Positions 49,063 to 59,588 of a stretch of 64,000 bases of DNA are shown here, one piece after another. Under the pieces are notes generated by a model. It did no database searches, was not told where the DNA came from, and saw nothing but the letters and a program-made list of their open reading frames with translations. Position 1 is the stretch's first letter, and the number at the start of each line of letters is the position of its first letter. Origin of the DNA: a virus. The position numbers and the translations under genes are program-made. The stretch is taken from the IMG/VR virus record IMGVR_UViG_3300028802_000007, positions 32,001 to 96,000 of that record; one strand, 5' to 3'.

Positions 49063-51232
49063 TTATCTATCTTCTGCTTGGAACTGTTCGATGCCGCCGA
49101 CTGGCGGCTCGTGCTTGTCGATGTGGGTGTGCTCCTCGAGCCGCTGCACGCGGCCCTCAAGGTCTGACGTGCGGCGATCTTCGTATTCGAGGGGGCCGAT
49201 CCCACCGCCCAAGACGATGGCCTCAGGAGTCGCGCCCGGGTTCTTGGCCCACCACTCCTTCCAGTACTGGCCGATGGCGTCGAGCTGAGCTGGCGTGATG
49301 TCCGGGCCAGCGTCGAGAACGTAGCGGTCGTCGGTCAGGCGGATGAGCTTCATCACCACCCCCGCGACGGCGCGAGGAACGCGTCGTCCTTCATCTGCCA
49401 AGAACCGGTCCCACTCATGGCGAAGGCTTCGGCGTGCTTTTTGCACAGGTCGAAGTGGAGATTGGCCCCCGGGGCGTGCGGCTCCGTCAAGACCATGAAG
49501 TGATGGATCTGGAAGATGGCAGCGTCAACACAGCCCTCGACATCGCACACGAGGCTCTCGAGCTTCACGACGCGATCACCTGGTCGATGCTCTTGGTCAC
49601 GCGCTCAAGGATGGGCAGCGGGTCGATGTCTGCCTGGAGCAGCCCGAAGCCATCGAGCAGGATGTCGGCCCGCACCGACGCCCTGACCTCCTCGAGGGCC
49701 TCGCGCCTGATCTCTTCCTTGGTCTGTCGCTTAGCCACGGTTGACCTCCTTGAGCGAGTTGCGGACCTGTTCGGCTAGACCGCCGGGCTTATTGTTCTCG
49801 GTGAAGTGCCAGGCATCGACGATCGCCGGGTCCGCCTGGACCACGAAGTCGTAGAACCGCTGGTACTCAGAAGGAGTCGCGTCATGCGCCGTCGGATCGC
49901 TCTTGCCATCGCTCTTGGTCTGTCCCTCCTCGCCGCCCTCGCTCCTGTTGTCGAGGCTGGCAAGGTCTTTGGCGGAAAGGTGTTCTAGGCCCCTCTCAAC
50001 GCGAAGCCGGTTCAGGGCGCGGGTGGCGGCGATGAATGCCGCCTCCGCATCCTCCAAGTCGCGGTAGTAGCTCACGACAGCACCTCCGTCTCCATCTCGT
50101 AGCCGCAGCGTCGGCAGGGCCACGCCAGCCACTCGTGGCTGTAGGTGTCGTCGTAGCTCTTGCCCGGACGCTCGCGGATGCTCGTCTGCTCGTGGTAGCG
50201 CGGCTCGCCGCCAATCTCAGTGCCGTACATCGTCCTGATGGCCTTGAAGGCGTTCGGCTGGCCGCACTTGGGACAATCAGCCGTCGGAGCCTCGATCACG
50301 ACAGCTCCCTGATGGCGGCCTCGATGACCGCGTCGATGTCGGTGCAGAGCACGGCGTCTTCGCCAGCGGCTGGTATCACCGACGCGTTCCGCAGATCGAC
50401 CTGGATGTCGCGCAACACGGCCATGACCACGTCGGGATAGGCCTCCTTGACGTAGTCCCGACGAACGCGCAGCTTCTCTGCCGCCGACGTCGGGCTCACG
50501 CGGGCACCCACAGCACTTCCGCCACGCGACGGCGCAGCCACTGGAGGTCGGTCTCGCGACCGGTGGACTCCTCCTTCTCGCGGACCTTGGTCGGGCCGAT
50601 GGCCTTGACCGATCCGTCGGGCTTGTGGAGGTACGACTGCTCGAGGGTGTAGCTCACGCCGCCACCCATGTCGAAGGTGTTGGTCGAGTTGATGATGTCG
50701 CCCGTGTAGGTCTGGGCGTTGCTGGTCACGACGTGCGAGCCCATGGCGCGATCGGGCATCAGCCACGAACGGTTGGCGTCACCGAAGGCGGTCACCTCGA
50801 TGGCCCGGCCCTCCATCGGCGTATGGAGTTGGGTGGCGAGCTCGTGCTCGAGTTCACGCCCGCTCAACTTGCTGTACTGGCGACGCTGTTCGGGCGTCAT
50901 GCCAACACCGTCCCCCTTCATACCGGCACCCAGCTCACTTCAGAGATGCGCCGCTTGAGCCATTGCATCTCGGTCTCGGGCCGCTCCTTCTTCACCTTGG
51001 CGGGTTTCGCCGGAGGGAAGTAGGGCGCGTCCATGAAGTAGGCGTCGCCGTATGAGGTCGGCCAGACGGTCACGGTGTTGCTGGCGGTGACGTAGCCGGT
51101 GGTGGTCGATGCGTTGGTGATGGTCCCCGTTTGGTAGATGGGCACGCCCAGGCTCCTCCGATACTCGTTGACGGTCATGTAGGTGCCCGGGACGAGGCGG
51201 TAGTCGTTCTCGTCCCGGTCACCCCATTCCAT
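49063..51232 (-). other. Run of translationally coupled small hypothetical genes (49063-49356, 49353-49568, 49565-49738, 49731-50075, 50072-50299, 50296-50499, 50496-50921, 50918-51232)
   Basis: Mostly GTGA/ATGA stop-start overlaps; several CxxC proteins. Confidence 0.6.
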
Positions 51233-51234
51233 CC

Positions 51235-51759
51235 CTAGACGGCGGTCTTGGACGACTTGGTGGTGGTCGTCCGGTCCGTGATCTGGCGATCGACGGTGAC
51301 CGTCGGGAGGCGCTCGAGGATCTGGCCCATCAGGTCCTTGAGGTAGCCGACCTCCTGATTGAAGCGGGCCTCGCGGAAGTCCATCTCCTTCTTGAACGCC
51401 TCGCGCTCCGTGGCGAGGTTCTCGGTCTTGACCTCGAGGACGGCCTCCTTGCGGGCCTGCTCGATACCGGCGAGGGCCTGCTCAGCCTCGAACTCCTGAC
51501 GCTTGCGCTCGAGGCCGACCATGTGGGTCACCTCGCGCTTCTCGCGTGCGTTCGTCTCGACGATCCGGTCCTTGTCGATGTTCAGCTTGGCGATCTGCTC
51601 GCGGAGGACGTTCGCCTCCGTGGTGAGCTCCGTCTCCTTGCCACGCGCCTTGAGCGTCGCCTCGAGCTTGGCGATCTGTGCCGTCAGGTCGAGGACGGTG
51701 TCGGTGAGCTGCGCCTCCAGCGCCTCGCGCTTACTCGGTGTGCGATCGAAGATGCCCAT
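51235..51759 (-). CDS. Coiled-coil protein
   Basis: GGAGGTCAACCATG start; E/K/R-rich heptads. Confidence 0.7.
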   Translation of the reverse strand: MGIFDRTPSKREALEAQLTDTVLDLTAQIAKLEATLKARGKETELTTEANVLREQIAKLNIDKDRIVETNAREKREVTHMVGLERKRQEFEAEQALAGIEQARKEAVLEVKTENLATEREAFKKEMDFREARFNQEVGYLKDLMGQILERLPTVTVDRQITDRTTTTKSSKTAV

Positions 51760-51813
51760 GGTTGACCTCCCTTTCGGATGAGTCTGCCGCGACCGGCGGC
51801 CCGGGTTCTTGCC

Positions 51814-51960
51814 CTAGGTGATGAGCTTGGCGAGCAGGAGCACGCCGAAGCCGACGATGGCGGACCAGCCGACCATAGACTGGCCCTGGCTGCGGAACTC
51901 CTCGACAACGGCCAGGAAGACCGCCACGAGCAGGCCAAGGATCACGATGGTGTCGTTCAC
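51814..51960 (-). CDS. Small two-TM protein (48 aa)
   Basis: Read manually; GGAGG RBS. Confidence 0.5.
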   Translation of the reverse strand: MNDTIVILGLLVAVFLAVVEEFRSQGQSMVGWSAIVGFGVLLLAKLIT

Positions 51961-52082
51961 GGGAACCTCCAACTATTCGCCCCGCTCCCCCAAGCCATCT
52001 CGCTGACCAGGGCCGGCTAAGCGCGAGAGCCATGCCTTCGCCTCAGGGCGTCGTCGTAGCCTAGTACCACAGTGTCATGCGG

Positions 52083-53570
52083 TCAAGACGGCTCTCCCGC
52101 CGTCTCGGTGTCAGGGGATCGGAGACGTTGCGCGGTGATGTGCATCTGGCCGATACGTTCCGCCGACAAGCCGCAGTCGGGGCATGTCTCGGTGTCAGGG
52201 GAGCGGAGGGCGGCGTACTCGCGGGCGAGCAGCGTGATACGCCCGTCGTTCGGCTCGATGGGTGCGAACGCCTTGCTCCATGCCCGGGCCAGCCGCTCCA
52301 CATCGAGCGGTGCCGCTTCTGCTGCGACATGGTACGAGAGTGAGTTTGTCAACCGCGTGACGTAGGGTGACCCGCCGGACGGTGCATCGAGCGGTGCCGC
52401 TTCTGCTGCTGCGAGGGCGGCACGGAGCAACCGCAGAACCTCGGAATGGTGGTACTGGCCGACCGACTCCCCGCGACCGATGGCCGACTCCACCGACATC
52501 AACAACGGCTCGAAGTGGTAGCGGTCCTCGGGCGTCATCGCCAACCTCCGCGCAGCGTGCCGACGGCGACCCATTCGGGGCCAGCGCCGAGGTCCAGACG
52601 TACCCAGACGACCATGATTAGGTAGCCGGTGAGATCGCGCCCCGGTCGTATCTCTGCTTTCACGTCGTCTCCTCGGTGTCAGGGGATCGGAGGGCGGCGT
52701 ACTCGGCGAGCAGCGCCGTCACGAACGCGGCGGCGTTGTAGCGGTCAGGTTCCCATCGGTTCGGGTTCGTCTCTGCGACGAGGACCGCCCATGCGTTCGT
52801 CATGGTCCGAGCATCGAGCGGTGCCGCTTCTGCTGCTGCGTGTCTATCACTGTGTCCCGCTGGCAGGTCACACAGAGCGACCGTAGCGCGGCACTTCGGA
52901 ACCTCTTGCGCCCGCAGCGCGGGGTCGGTCATCGGTCGTTCCTCCAGCCGTGATGCCACATCTCCCTCGCGGCCATGTACACCCCCGGAGCTGAGGCGAT
53001 GCAGAAGAAGACGAAGAAGGTCCAGATCGGGACATGGACCCACCAGAAGGCGAAGCCCGCAGCAAGCATGAACGGCCAGGAGATGACCGCAGCCAGCATC
53101 ACCCTGTCAGTCATGCTCGACCCCCATATGCACCAGCCTCGCCACGATCTCCTCGGCACAGACCATCGACCTGTTCAGACCGATGCCGTGCTCGCGCAGG
53201 ATGGCGGCGGCCTCGCGCACTTGCAGTTCACGACGACGGAGCCTGCGCTCGACGTCCTTGCACAGATGTGGCTGCACCTGGGCCGACATATGCACCTCAG
53301 CTCCGCACCTGACGCAGTAGCGCATCGGGTCTCTCACCACAGCCTCCGCCTCTTCGTCTGTGGGAGGGGCATATGGAACCTCTCCCAGCGGTTCCGAAGA
53401 TCGGCCATCCGACGATCCCACTCAGGCGTGTGAGCCACACCCTCCTTCTGCCTCTCGAGATAACGCGCCAGCAAGTCAATCTCCCTGTCCGTCAACGGCC
53501 CGCGTTCGGTGTACGGAACATCATCTGGGTCCACCGGCGGCCTGTACTGGCGCGAGATCTCATCAGTCAT
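52083..53570 (-). other. Small early genes (52083-52538, 52660-52932, 52929-53114, 53107-53337, 53334-53570)
   Basis: Coupled ORFs downstream of the leftward promoter. Confidence 0.55.
52102..52840. repeat. Two interspersed 23-35 bp repeat families, three copies each
   Basis: CTCGGTGTCAGGGGA(T/G)CGGAG near 52102, 52186, 52672; CATCGAGCGGTGCCGCTTCTGCTGC near 52301, 52385, 52812. Confidence 0.9.
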
Positions 53571-53592
53571 GGGTTGACCTCCTTCTCGCCGT

Positions 53593-53621
53593 AGCATCGT
53601 GGGTTGGTACTAGGGTGTCAA
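53593..53621 (-). promoter_or_regulatory. Leftward sigma70-type promoter
   Basis: TTGACA-17 nt-GATGCT. Confidence 0.6.
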
Positions 53622-53873
53622 GGGCATATGGTGGTGGGTGGATGGATGGTTGTATGTGGTCGTATGCGAGATTTTGACCTCGCTCGACGCCGGGACAAGG
53701 CTCGCGGGAAGCGAGCGACCGGGGGGGGGCCGCCGGTGCCCAGCATGCCCTACAGGGCCTCTAGGATCAACGGAGACGGCTTCGGCCTCCACTGTGCGGA
53801 GAGGAGCCCGGTGTGACACCCTCCGGGCGACCTGGGGGCTCCTAGGCCCCTTGTAGGCGATATAGCTCTGGCG

Positions 53874-53926
53874 GCTACCGTAGCATGCTACGCCTACCGT
53901 AGCAGGTGCTACGCAAGGTGCTACGG
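53874..53926. repeat. Clustered GTAGCA/TGCTAC repeats (operator- or iteron-like)
   Basis: GCTACCGTAGCATGCTACGCCTACCGTAGCAGGTGCTACGCAAGGTGCTACGG. Confidence 0.65.
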
Positions 53927-54105
53927 CGACCGCTGCGCTCCACTCAGCAGGATCAAACTCAGGCCCCTCCGCGAGGGTGCCGTCGGGGTAGCAACCTAGG
54001 AGCACTCTGGGTCGCGGCGACCTAGCAGCCTGACCCTCGTGAGGGCGGTCTGCCCCCGCGTCCCAGATCGACCTTGGTGACCCACCGTCACGAGGAGCGC
54101 CGTGC

Positions 54106-54135
54106 TTGACACCCCTGCCGTCCATCCCCGATACT
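54106..54135 (+). promoter_or_regulatory. Rightward sigma70-type promoter
   Basis: TTGACA-18 nt-GATACT. Confidence 0.6.
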
Positions 54136-54180
54136 GGTCGCAGACACCCCCTGTGCTGGGGTGACGCATGGAGGTCAACC

Positions 54181-54898
54181 ATGACTCACAAGGCCCGTGT
54201 TATCGCGGCGAGCAAGGCCCGTCGCTACCCACCCTGCGACGACTGCGGCAAGGTCGTCGCCCTTGAGGGTCACGCCTGTGACCTCAAGCCCCTCGCCCGA
54301 TGACCGCCATCCTCGACGCCATCGACCGCCTCCCGACCATGGTCTGGGCGCTGGTCGTCATGCTGTCGGCGTGGGCCATCATCGCCTTCGCCTTCGCCCT
54401 GATGGTCGGCACCTACCTCGCCATCGGCGAACTGGTCGCGGCATGACCACCTACAACGCAGCCTCCATCAACTGCGAGTGCGGACACCCGGGCATCGACG
54501 GCCACAACATGCGGCAGTCGCCCCCGGAGTGCCTGACCCCCGGCTGCATCTGCGGCCTGTACGGTGCCACCGCTGACGGCTCGTCCGTCCATCGCGTGGG
54601 CCGCTGGGTGGTCCGCATCGCCCCTGAGCCCGCCGACCTCTATCTGGGGACGGATCGGACTTGGACCCGCGAGCGGGCGACCTACGAGACGGGCACCATC
54701 GTTGAGGTCTACGACGCCAAGTACGTCGAGGGCTTCACCCCTCTGGGCCAGTTCGTCACCGCCTACGGTGCCCGGACCCTGACCGACTCAGCCGTCGGTC
54801 GTGGCACAGGGCTCATCCTCGACGGCGGTATCCCGGCATGGCGCATGAGCGCCGATGAGTTCACCACCGTCCTAGGGCTCATCGCCCGCTGGGGCTGA
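54181..54898 (+). other. Three small early genes (54181-54303, 54300-54446 TM, 54443-54898)
   Basis: GGAGGTCAACCATG start; ATGA overlaps. Confidence 0.6.
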
Positions 54899-54951
54899 CC
54901 CTCACGGGTGCCCCCCACTGGGAGGCACCAGCGAGCGCCAGACAGGCACTC
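54895..54951 (+). repeat. Structured intergenic element, copy 1
   Basis: CTGACCCTCACG-GGTGCC..GGCACC-AGCGAGCGCCAGACAGGCACTC. Confidence 0.95.
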
Positions 54952-54968
54952 AGGTAGCAGGAGGAAGC

Positions 54969-55562
54969 ATGAAGGTCTTGGTCGTCTGTGAGTACAGCGG
55001 GCGCGTCAGGGACGCGTTCAGGGCTGAGGGGCACGAGGCCATCTCGTGCGACCTCCTGCCCACTGAGGTCCCCGGGCCTCACATCATCGGGGACGCCCTT
55101 GAGGCGATCCGCGCTGAGAAGCCCGACCTCCTCATCGCCCACCCGCCCTGCACCTACCTCGCCAACTCAGGCGTCCGGTGGCTGTACGGCGGCAAGGGCA
55201 CCACCATCGACCCGGTCCGCTGGGCGCAGATGGTCGAGGGCGCGGCCTTCTTCAAGGCCCTCCTCAACGCCGACGTCCCGATGGTCGCGGTCGAGAACCC
55301 GGTGATGCACGGCTTCGCCCGGGACCTCATCGGCCAGCGGGCCAACCAGTTCATCCATCCGTGGCAGTTCGGCCACGGCGAGCAGAAGTCCACAGGGCTC
55401 TGGCTCCGTGGTCTGCCCCTCCTGACCCCGACCGACGTGGTCGAGGGCCGGGAGCAGCGGGTCTGGCGGATGGGTCCGTCGGCTGACCGCTGGAAGGAAC
55501 GCAGCCGCACGTTCAGCGGCATCGCGGCTGCCATGGCAGCCCAGTGGGGAGGTCAGCGATGA
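54969..55562 (+). CDS. Short C5-cytosine DNA methyltransferase-like protein
   Basis: VVCEYSG (atypical motif I), AHPPC (IV), VENP (VI). Confidence 0.75.
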   Translation: MKVLVVCEYSGRVRDAFRAEGHEAISCDLLPTEVPGPHIIGDALEAIRAEKPDLLIAHPPCTYLANSGVRWLYGGKGTTIDPVRWAQMVEGAAFFKALLNADVPMVAVENPVMHGFARDLIGQRANQFIHPWQFGHGEQKSTGLWLRGLPLLTPTDVVEGREQRVWRMGPSADRWKERSRTFSGIAAAMAAQWGGQR

Positions 55563-55828
55563 CTGAGGACATCAACGCCATCCGGGCGAGGAACGAGGCC
55601 AACCGCGAGGCCCACAGGGTCGCGGCGCTGGCACGGCAGGAGGCCTACCGGGCCTCCCCTGAGTACAGGGAGGCCAGGTTGGCGCGGATCAACTCTGGCC
55701 TGTGCGTCATCGATGACGACCAGTGCGTCACCCACGGGGTCCCCGGCGACTTCGGCCACTACCTCGACACCCGCCCCGCTGAGGACCGGGGCCACAACCC
55801 GGTCAGCGGCATCGCCTACAACGACTGA
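55559..55828 (+). CDS. Hypothetical protein
   Basis: GGAGGTCAGCGATG start; stop lies inside element 2. Confidence 0.6.
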   Translation: MTEDINAIRARNEANREAHRVAALARQEAYRASPEYREARLARINSGLCVIDDDQCVTHGVPGDFGHYLDTRPAEDRGHNPVSGIAYND

Positions 55829-55880
55829 CCCTCACGGGAGCCCTGACCTCAGGGCTCCAGCGAGCGCCAGACAGGCACTC
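55825..55880 (+). repeat. Structured intergenic element, copy 2
   Basis: Central stem GGAGCCCTGA/TCAGGGCTCC. Confidence 0.95.
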
Positions 55881-55895
55881 AAGAAGGAGAAGAGC

Positions 55896-56255
55896 ATGGC
55901 ACTCACCAAGTCCGATCTGGAACGGGCCATCGAGGACGAGCGCCGTCAGGGCACCGTCGGATACAACGAGGGCGATGGCCGCAGCCAGCGGCTCCGGGCC
56001 AAGGGCGCGACCATCGTGGTCCGCGAGGCCAACGCCAAGGGCTGGTCGTACGACGACCTCGTCCTCTGGGTGGACTCCAAGTACGGGCGCTGGTTCTGGG
56101 ACAGCCTGTACGGCTGCGACGACCCTGAGGGCGCGGCCCGGGCGGTCACCCTCGACTGGGTCGAGCCCGGGGAAGGCGACTACGTCTACGACCCGACTCC
56201 CTACACCGTGGCGGTCGCCCGCAGTGGTGAGTGGGGCTCGCAGCGACCTCGCTGA
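55896..56255 (+). CDS. Hypothetical protein
   Basis: AAGGAG RBS; stop lies inside element 3. Confidence 0.65.
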   Translation: MALTKSDLERAIEDERRQGTVGYNEGDGRSQRLRAKGATIVVREANAKGWSYDDLVLWVDSKYGRWFWDSLYGCDDPEGAARAVTLDWVEPGEGDYVYDPTPYTVAVARSGEWGSQRPR

Positions 56256-56309
56256 CCCTCACGGGAGGCCCACGAGCTTGGGCCTCCGGCGAGCGCCAGA
56301 TGGGCACTC
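56252..56309 (+). repeat. Structured intergenic element, copy 3
   Basis: Central stem GGAGGCCCA/TGGGCCTCC. Confidence 0.95.
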
Positions 56310-56323
56310 TAGAAGGAGAACAG

Positions 56324-56919
56324 ATGGACAGCCAGAACGGAGTCTCCGCTCTGATCCTGACGCCTCAGGACCGTCGCGACCTACAGGCCGCACTGGTCGA
56401 GGCCATCGACACCGCCGACACGACGGCGGACTACAACAGCCCTCAGGTCGCCCGCTGGGTGGCCCTCATCAACCTCATCGAGGAGGGCAACAAGTGAGCA
56501 CCGGAGCCGACTGCCAGTTCAAGGAGGTCACACCGGGCCGCTGGTCGTACGCCCTTCAGGAGTGGCCCTACGGCGACTCGAACGAGTACACCTCGTACGG
56601 ACCCTTCGCCTCGTTCGCGATCGCGCGGGACCACCTCGACCAGAACCACGCCAACCCGGGCGGCTGGATGACCACCATCCATCCGACAGGCCACGTCCAC
56701 GAGTGGACGACCGACCGTGGTGCCTACGTCCCGGCGGGCGTGGTGGTCACCATCCGCGTCGAGTCGCTGGGTCAGGACCCGACGCCTGAGGCCCTCCTGA
56801 AGTTGATCACCAAGAAAGGTGCCCTGACCACTGACCACCTCAGCATCAGGCCTGAGACGCGCTACGACATGAACGCCAAGGTCACGTCCTGCGAGTCCTG
56901 CAACCAGCAGAAGCCCTGA
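56324..56919 (+). other. Two hypothetical genes (56324-56497, 56494-56919)
   Basis: RBS; GTGA overlap; second stop lies inside element 4. Confidence 0.6.
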
Positions 56920-56972
56920 CCCTCACGGCTGGCCCCCACTGGGAGCCAGCAGCGAGTGCCAGATGGGTGCTC
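56916..56972 (+). repeat. Structured intergenic element, copy 4
   Basis: Central stem GCTGGC..GCCAGC; second stem GAGTGCC/GGTGCTC. Confidence 0.95.
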
Positions 56973-56991
56973 TAGCAACAGGAGGTCAACC

Positions 56992-57788
56992 ATGGCAAGC
57001 AAGTACCCCGACGTCGGGTCCTACAAGGCCTCGCCGGACAACCGCGACATCGCCCGTCGGGTCGAGTGCGACTTCGTCGCCAGCGGATCGGGCTCCTACT
57101 ACAGCCGCGCATGCTCCAACCTCGCGGCGTGGGTCAGGGTCTACCGCCACAAGGACGGCACGGTCACCACGACCAGCGACCTCCGGTGCCACCGCCACCG
57201 CGCCATCGATGAGCGCACCGCCACCAACCGCAAGTGGTCGAGCCAGTTCAACGCCGACGGCTCGTCCAACCTCATGTTCCCCCAGTTCGACCCGTTCGAC
57301 GGGATGGCTGCGGCCAAGCGTCTGATCCGCGAGGAACAGGCCAGGTTGCAGGAGGCCCGCCTCGCGGCCATCAGCGAGAAGGTCGCGGAGGCCGCCGCCT
57401 ACATCACAGCCCACATCGTCGGGCTGGACGAGGAGACGGTCGGCTCCCTCAACGCCATCCACGCCATGGCGACCCTTGGAACGCTGGTGGTCCGGTGACC
57501 GCCGAAGAGGTCAGGGCTCGCTACCTCATCAGCGAGGCAGCTTGGGCGACCATGCGGGCGGTGACGCTCGAGGTCCACGACGTCACAGGCGAGGTCGTGG
57601 CCCTCGCCGTCCGGGGCGTGCCCTCGTTCTCAGAGCCTCAGGGCGAGGACAGCGACGAGTTCTTCTACGACGTGGACTGGCTCCAGTGGTTCAAGTTCGC
57701 CTACCCCGGTCGGAGCATCGTCGGGTCGATGGCTCCCGTTGATCAGGACACGGAGGAGGCGTTCGTCTGGTTCATCGCTCTGGACTGA
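56992..57788 (+). other. Two hypothetical genes (56992-57498, 57495-57788)
   Basis: GGAGGTCAACCATG start; second stop lies inside element 5. Confidence 0.65.
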
Positions 57789-57839
57789 CCCTCACGGCTG
57801 GGGCTGACGGCCCCAGCAGCGAGTGCCAGATGGGCGCTT
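57785..57839 (+). repeat. Structured intergenic element, copy 5
   Basis: Central stem GCTGGGGC/GCCCCAGC. Confidence 0.95.
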
Positions 57840-57859
57840 GGGATCGCAGGAGGTCAACC

Positions 57860-58246
57860 ATGGACAAGGCACAGGTCAAGGTCATCCACGAAGAGGTCAG
57901 CGAGGCCATCAGGACCGTCTACGCCAAGCACGGCCTGACCATCACCAGCGACCGCGCCTCCTACGGCGAGGCGGAGTTCAACATCAGCGTCAAGGCCATC
58001 AGCACCAAGGCTGAGGATCAGGCCAAGACGTGGGCACAGTACGCACCGGTCTACGGCCTCCCCGTCGATGGCTTCGGTCAGTTGGTCACCATCAACCGCC
58101 AGCAGTACGTCATCACCGGGCTCGACCTGAACCGTCGAGGCTACGTCGTCCGGGTGAAGAACCTAGGCACCGGCAAGGTCAGCCTGTTCAAGGCCGATGC
58201 GATCCGGCGGGCACTCGCCCTCATCGACATCAGCAGCCCCGCCTGA
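57860..58246 (+). CDS. Hypothetical protein
   Basis: GGAGGTCAACCATG start; stop lies inside element 6. Confidence 0.7.
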   Translation: MDKAQVKVIHEEVSEAIRTVYAKHGLTITSDRASYGEAEFNISVKAISTKAEDQAKTWAQYAPVYGLPVDGFGQLVTINRQQYVITGLDLNRRGYVVRVKNLGTGKVSLFKADAIRRALALIDISSPA

Positions 58247-58299
58247 CCCTCACGGCTGAGGCCTCGCCGGCCTCAGCAGCGAGCGCCATGTCGGCACTC
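58243..58299 (+). repeat. Structured intergenic element, copy 6
   Basis: Central stem GCTGAGGCC/GGCCTCAGC. Confidence 0.95.
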
Positions 58300-58317
58300 A
58301 AGTACAGGAGGTCAACC

Positions 58318-59513
58318 ATGAGCCCCATCGAACTGGCAGAGCGTCTGGGCCAGAGCCCCGACCTCGACAACCGGGCAACAGGTGTCGCCATCATCGTGCG
58401 CGGCCTGTGCGACGACGACGGCGATCGCATGGGCTGGCCGATGACCGCAGCGGTCGTGGCCCGTGCGGCCAAGCACATCGGTGTCGAGCCCACAGCCGAG
58501 CTGGTGGAGGCGGTCCTCGAGCTCGCCCCGATCCTGCCCGACTTCTACCTCAACCGATGATGAACGACGTCAGCCTGGTCGGGCACTGCCCGGACTGCGA
58601 CTTCAACCTCGACGGCGGTGGCAACGAGGACTGCGAGACGTGCGCCGCAGAGCCCGCCTTTGTCACCGTGGTCGAGGCGGTGGACCGCGACATCGTCGTG
58701 GTCATCATCGCCTTCGACTCAGGCCGCGACCTCAAGGACAACCGCATCCTCAACTACCTCGTGGATCGGTGGCCGAACCACCGACCTCTGGCCGTCCAGA
58801 TGGACGGCTCCGTCATCACCGTGACCGACGCCGGGTTCGTCGCCATCCTCGACCTGAACATCGGAGGCTGACGTGCCTGACCGCGAGGAGCTCCCGGCTG
58901 GCCCGACCAACGCTGCCGCTGAGGTGTGGTACGAACTCCAGCGGCGCATCCAACAGCATCTACCTGTACCTGGGGTTGACACCCCGGCGGCCAAGCCTCA
59001 GACTCACGAGGTGAGGTCAACCGACGAACTCGAAGACGAGCCCGTGTGCGAGCACGTCCACGTCGAGAAGGACGACGACGGCGAGTTCGCCCGCCGGTTC
59101 TTCTGCCTCGACTGTCAGCAACAGGTCGTCCCGGGCGAGCCCGACGAAGACGGCGAGTCATTCTGGGAGGAGGTCAACTGATGCCCATCATCATCGACGG
59201 CAACGTCACGGTCAGCGTCAAGACCCTCAAGATGCACGAGGGTCACGCCATCAAGGTCCACACCATCGACGGTCGGACGGGCCTGTACTGCGTCGATGAC
59301 GGCATCATCGAGCAGGAGCCCAAGCCCTCCACCTCGCTGTGGTGCGGCTGCCCGGATCGGGCCGAACATGACGAGGGTGTCGCCCTCCAGACCCAGTTCC
59401 GCAAGCAGTACCGCATCCCCAAGTCGTCGTGCGTCGGCTGCTATCTGGGCGACGACGGACCGTCGATGCACTCCTGCTACATCCACGCAGAGAAGGATTG
59501 GCCCACAGCCTGA
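58318..59513 (+). other. Four small hypothetical genes (58318-58560, 58557-58871, 58873-59181, 59181-59513)
   Basis: RBSs and overlaps; several Cys/His motifs; last stop lies inside element 7. Confidence 0.6.
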
Positions 59514-59570
59514 CCCTCACCCCAGCCGCTGATTGACCCAGCGGCTGGAGCGAGCGCCAGATTGGCACTC
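59510..59570 (+). repeat. Structured intergenic element, copy 7
   Basis: Central stem CCAGCCGCTG/CAGCGGCTGG. Confidence 0.95.
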
Positions 59571-59588
59571 ATCAACAGGAGGTCAGCC

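Noticed and set aside
53610-54182. 190-aa ORF across the control region
   Set aside because: It overlaps promoters and repeats and has atypical composition, so the region is treated as non-coding.
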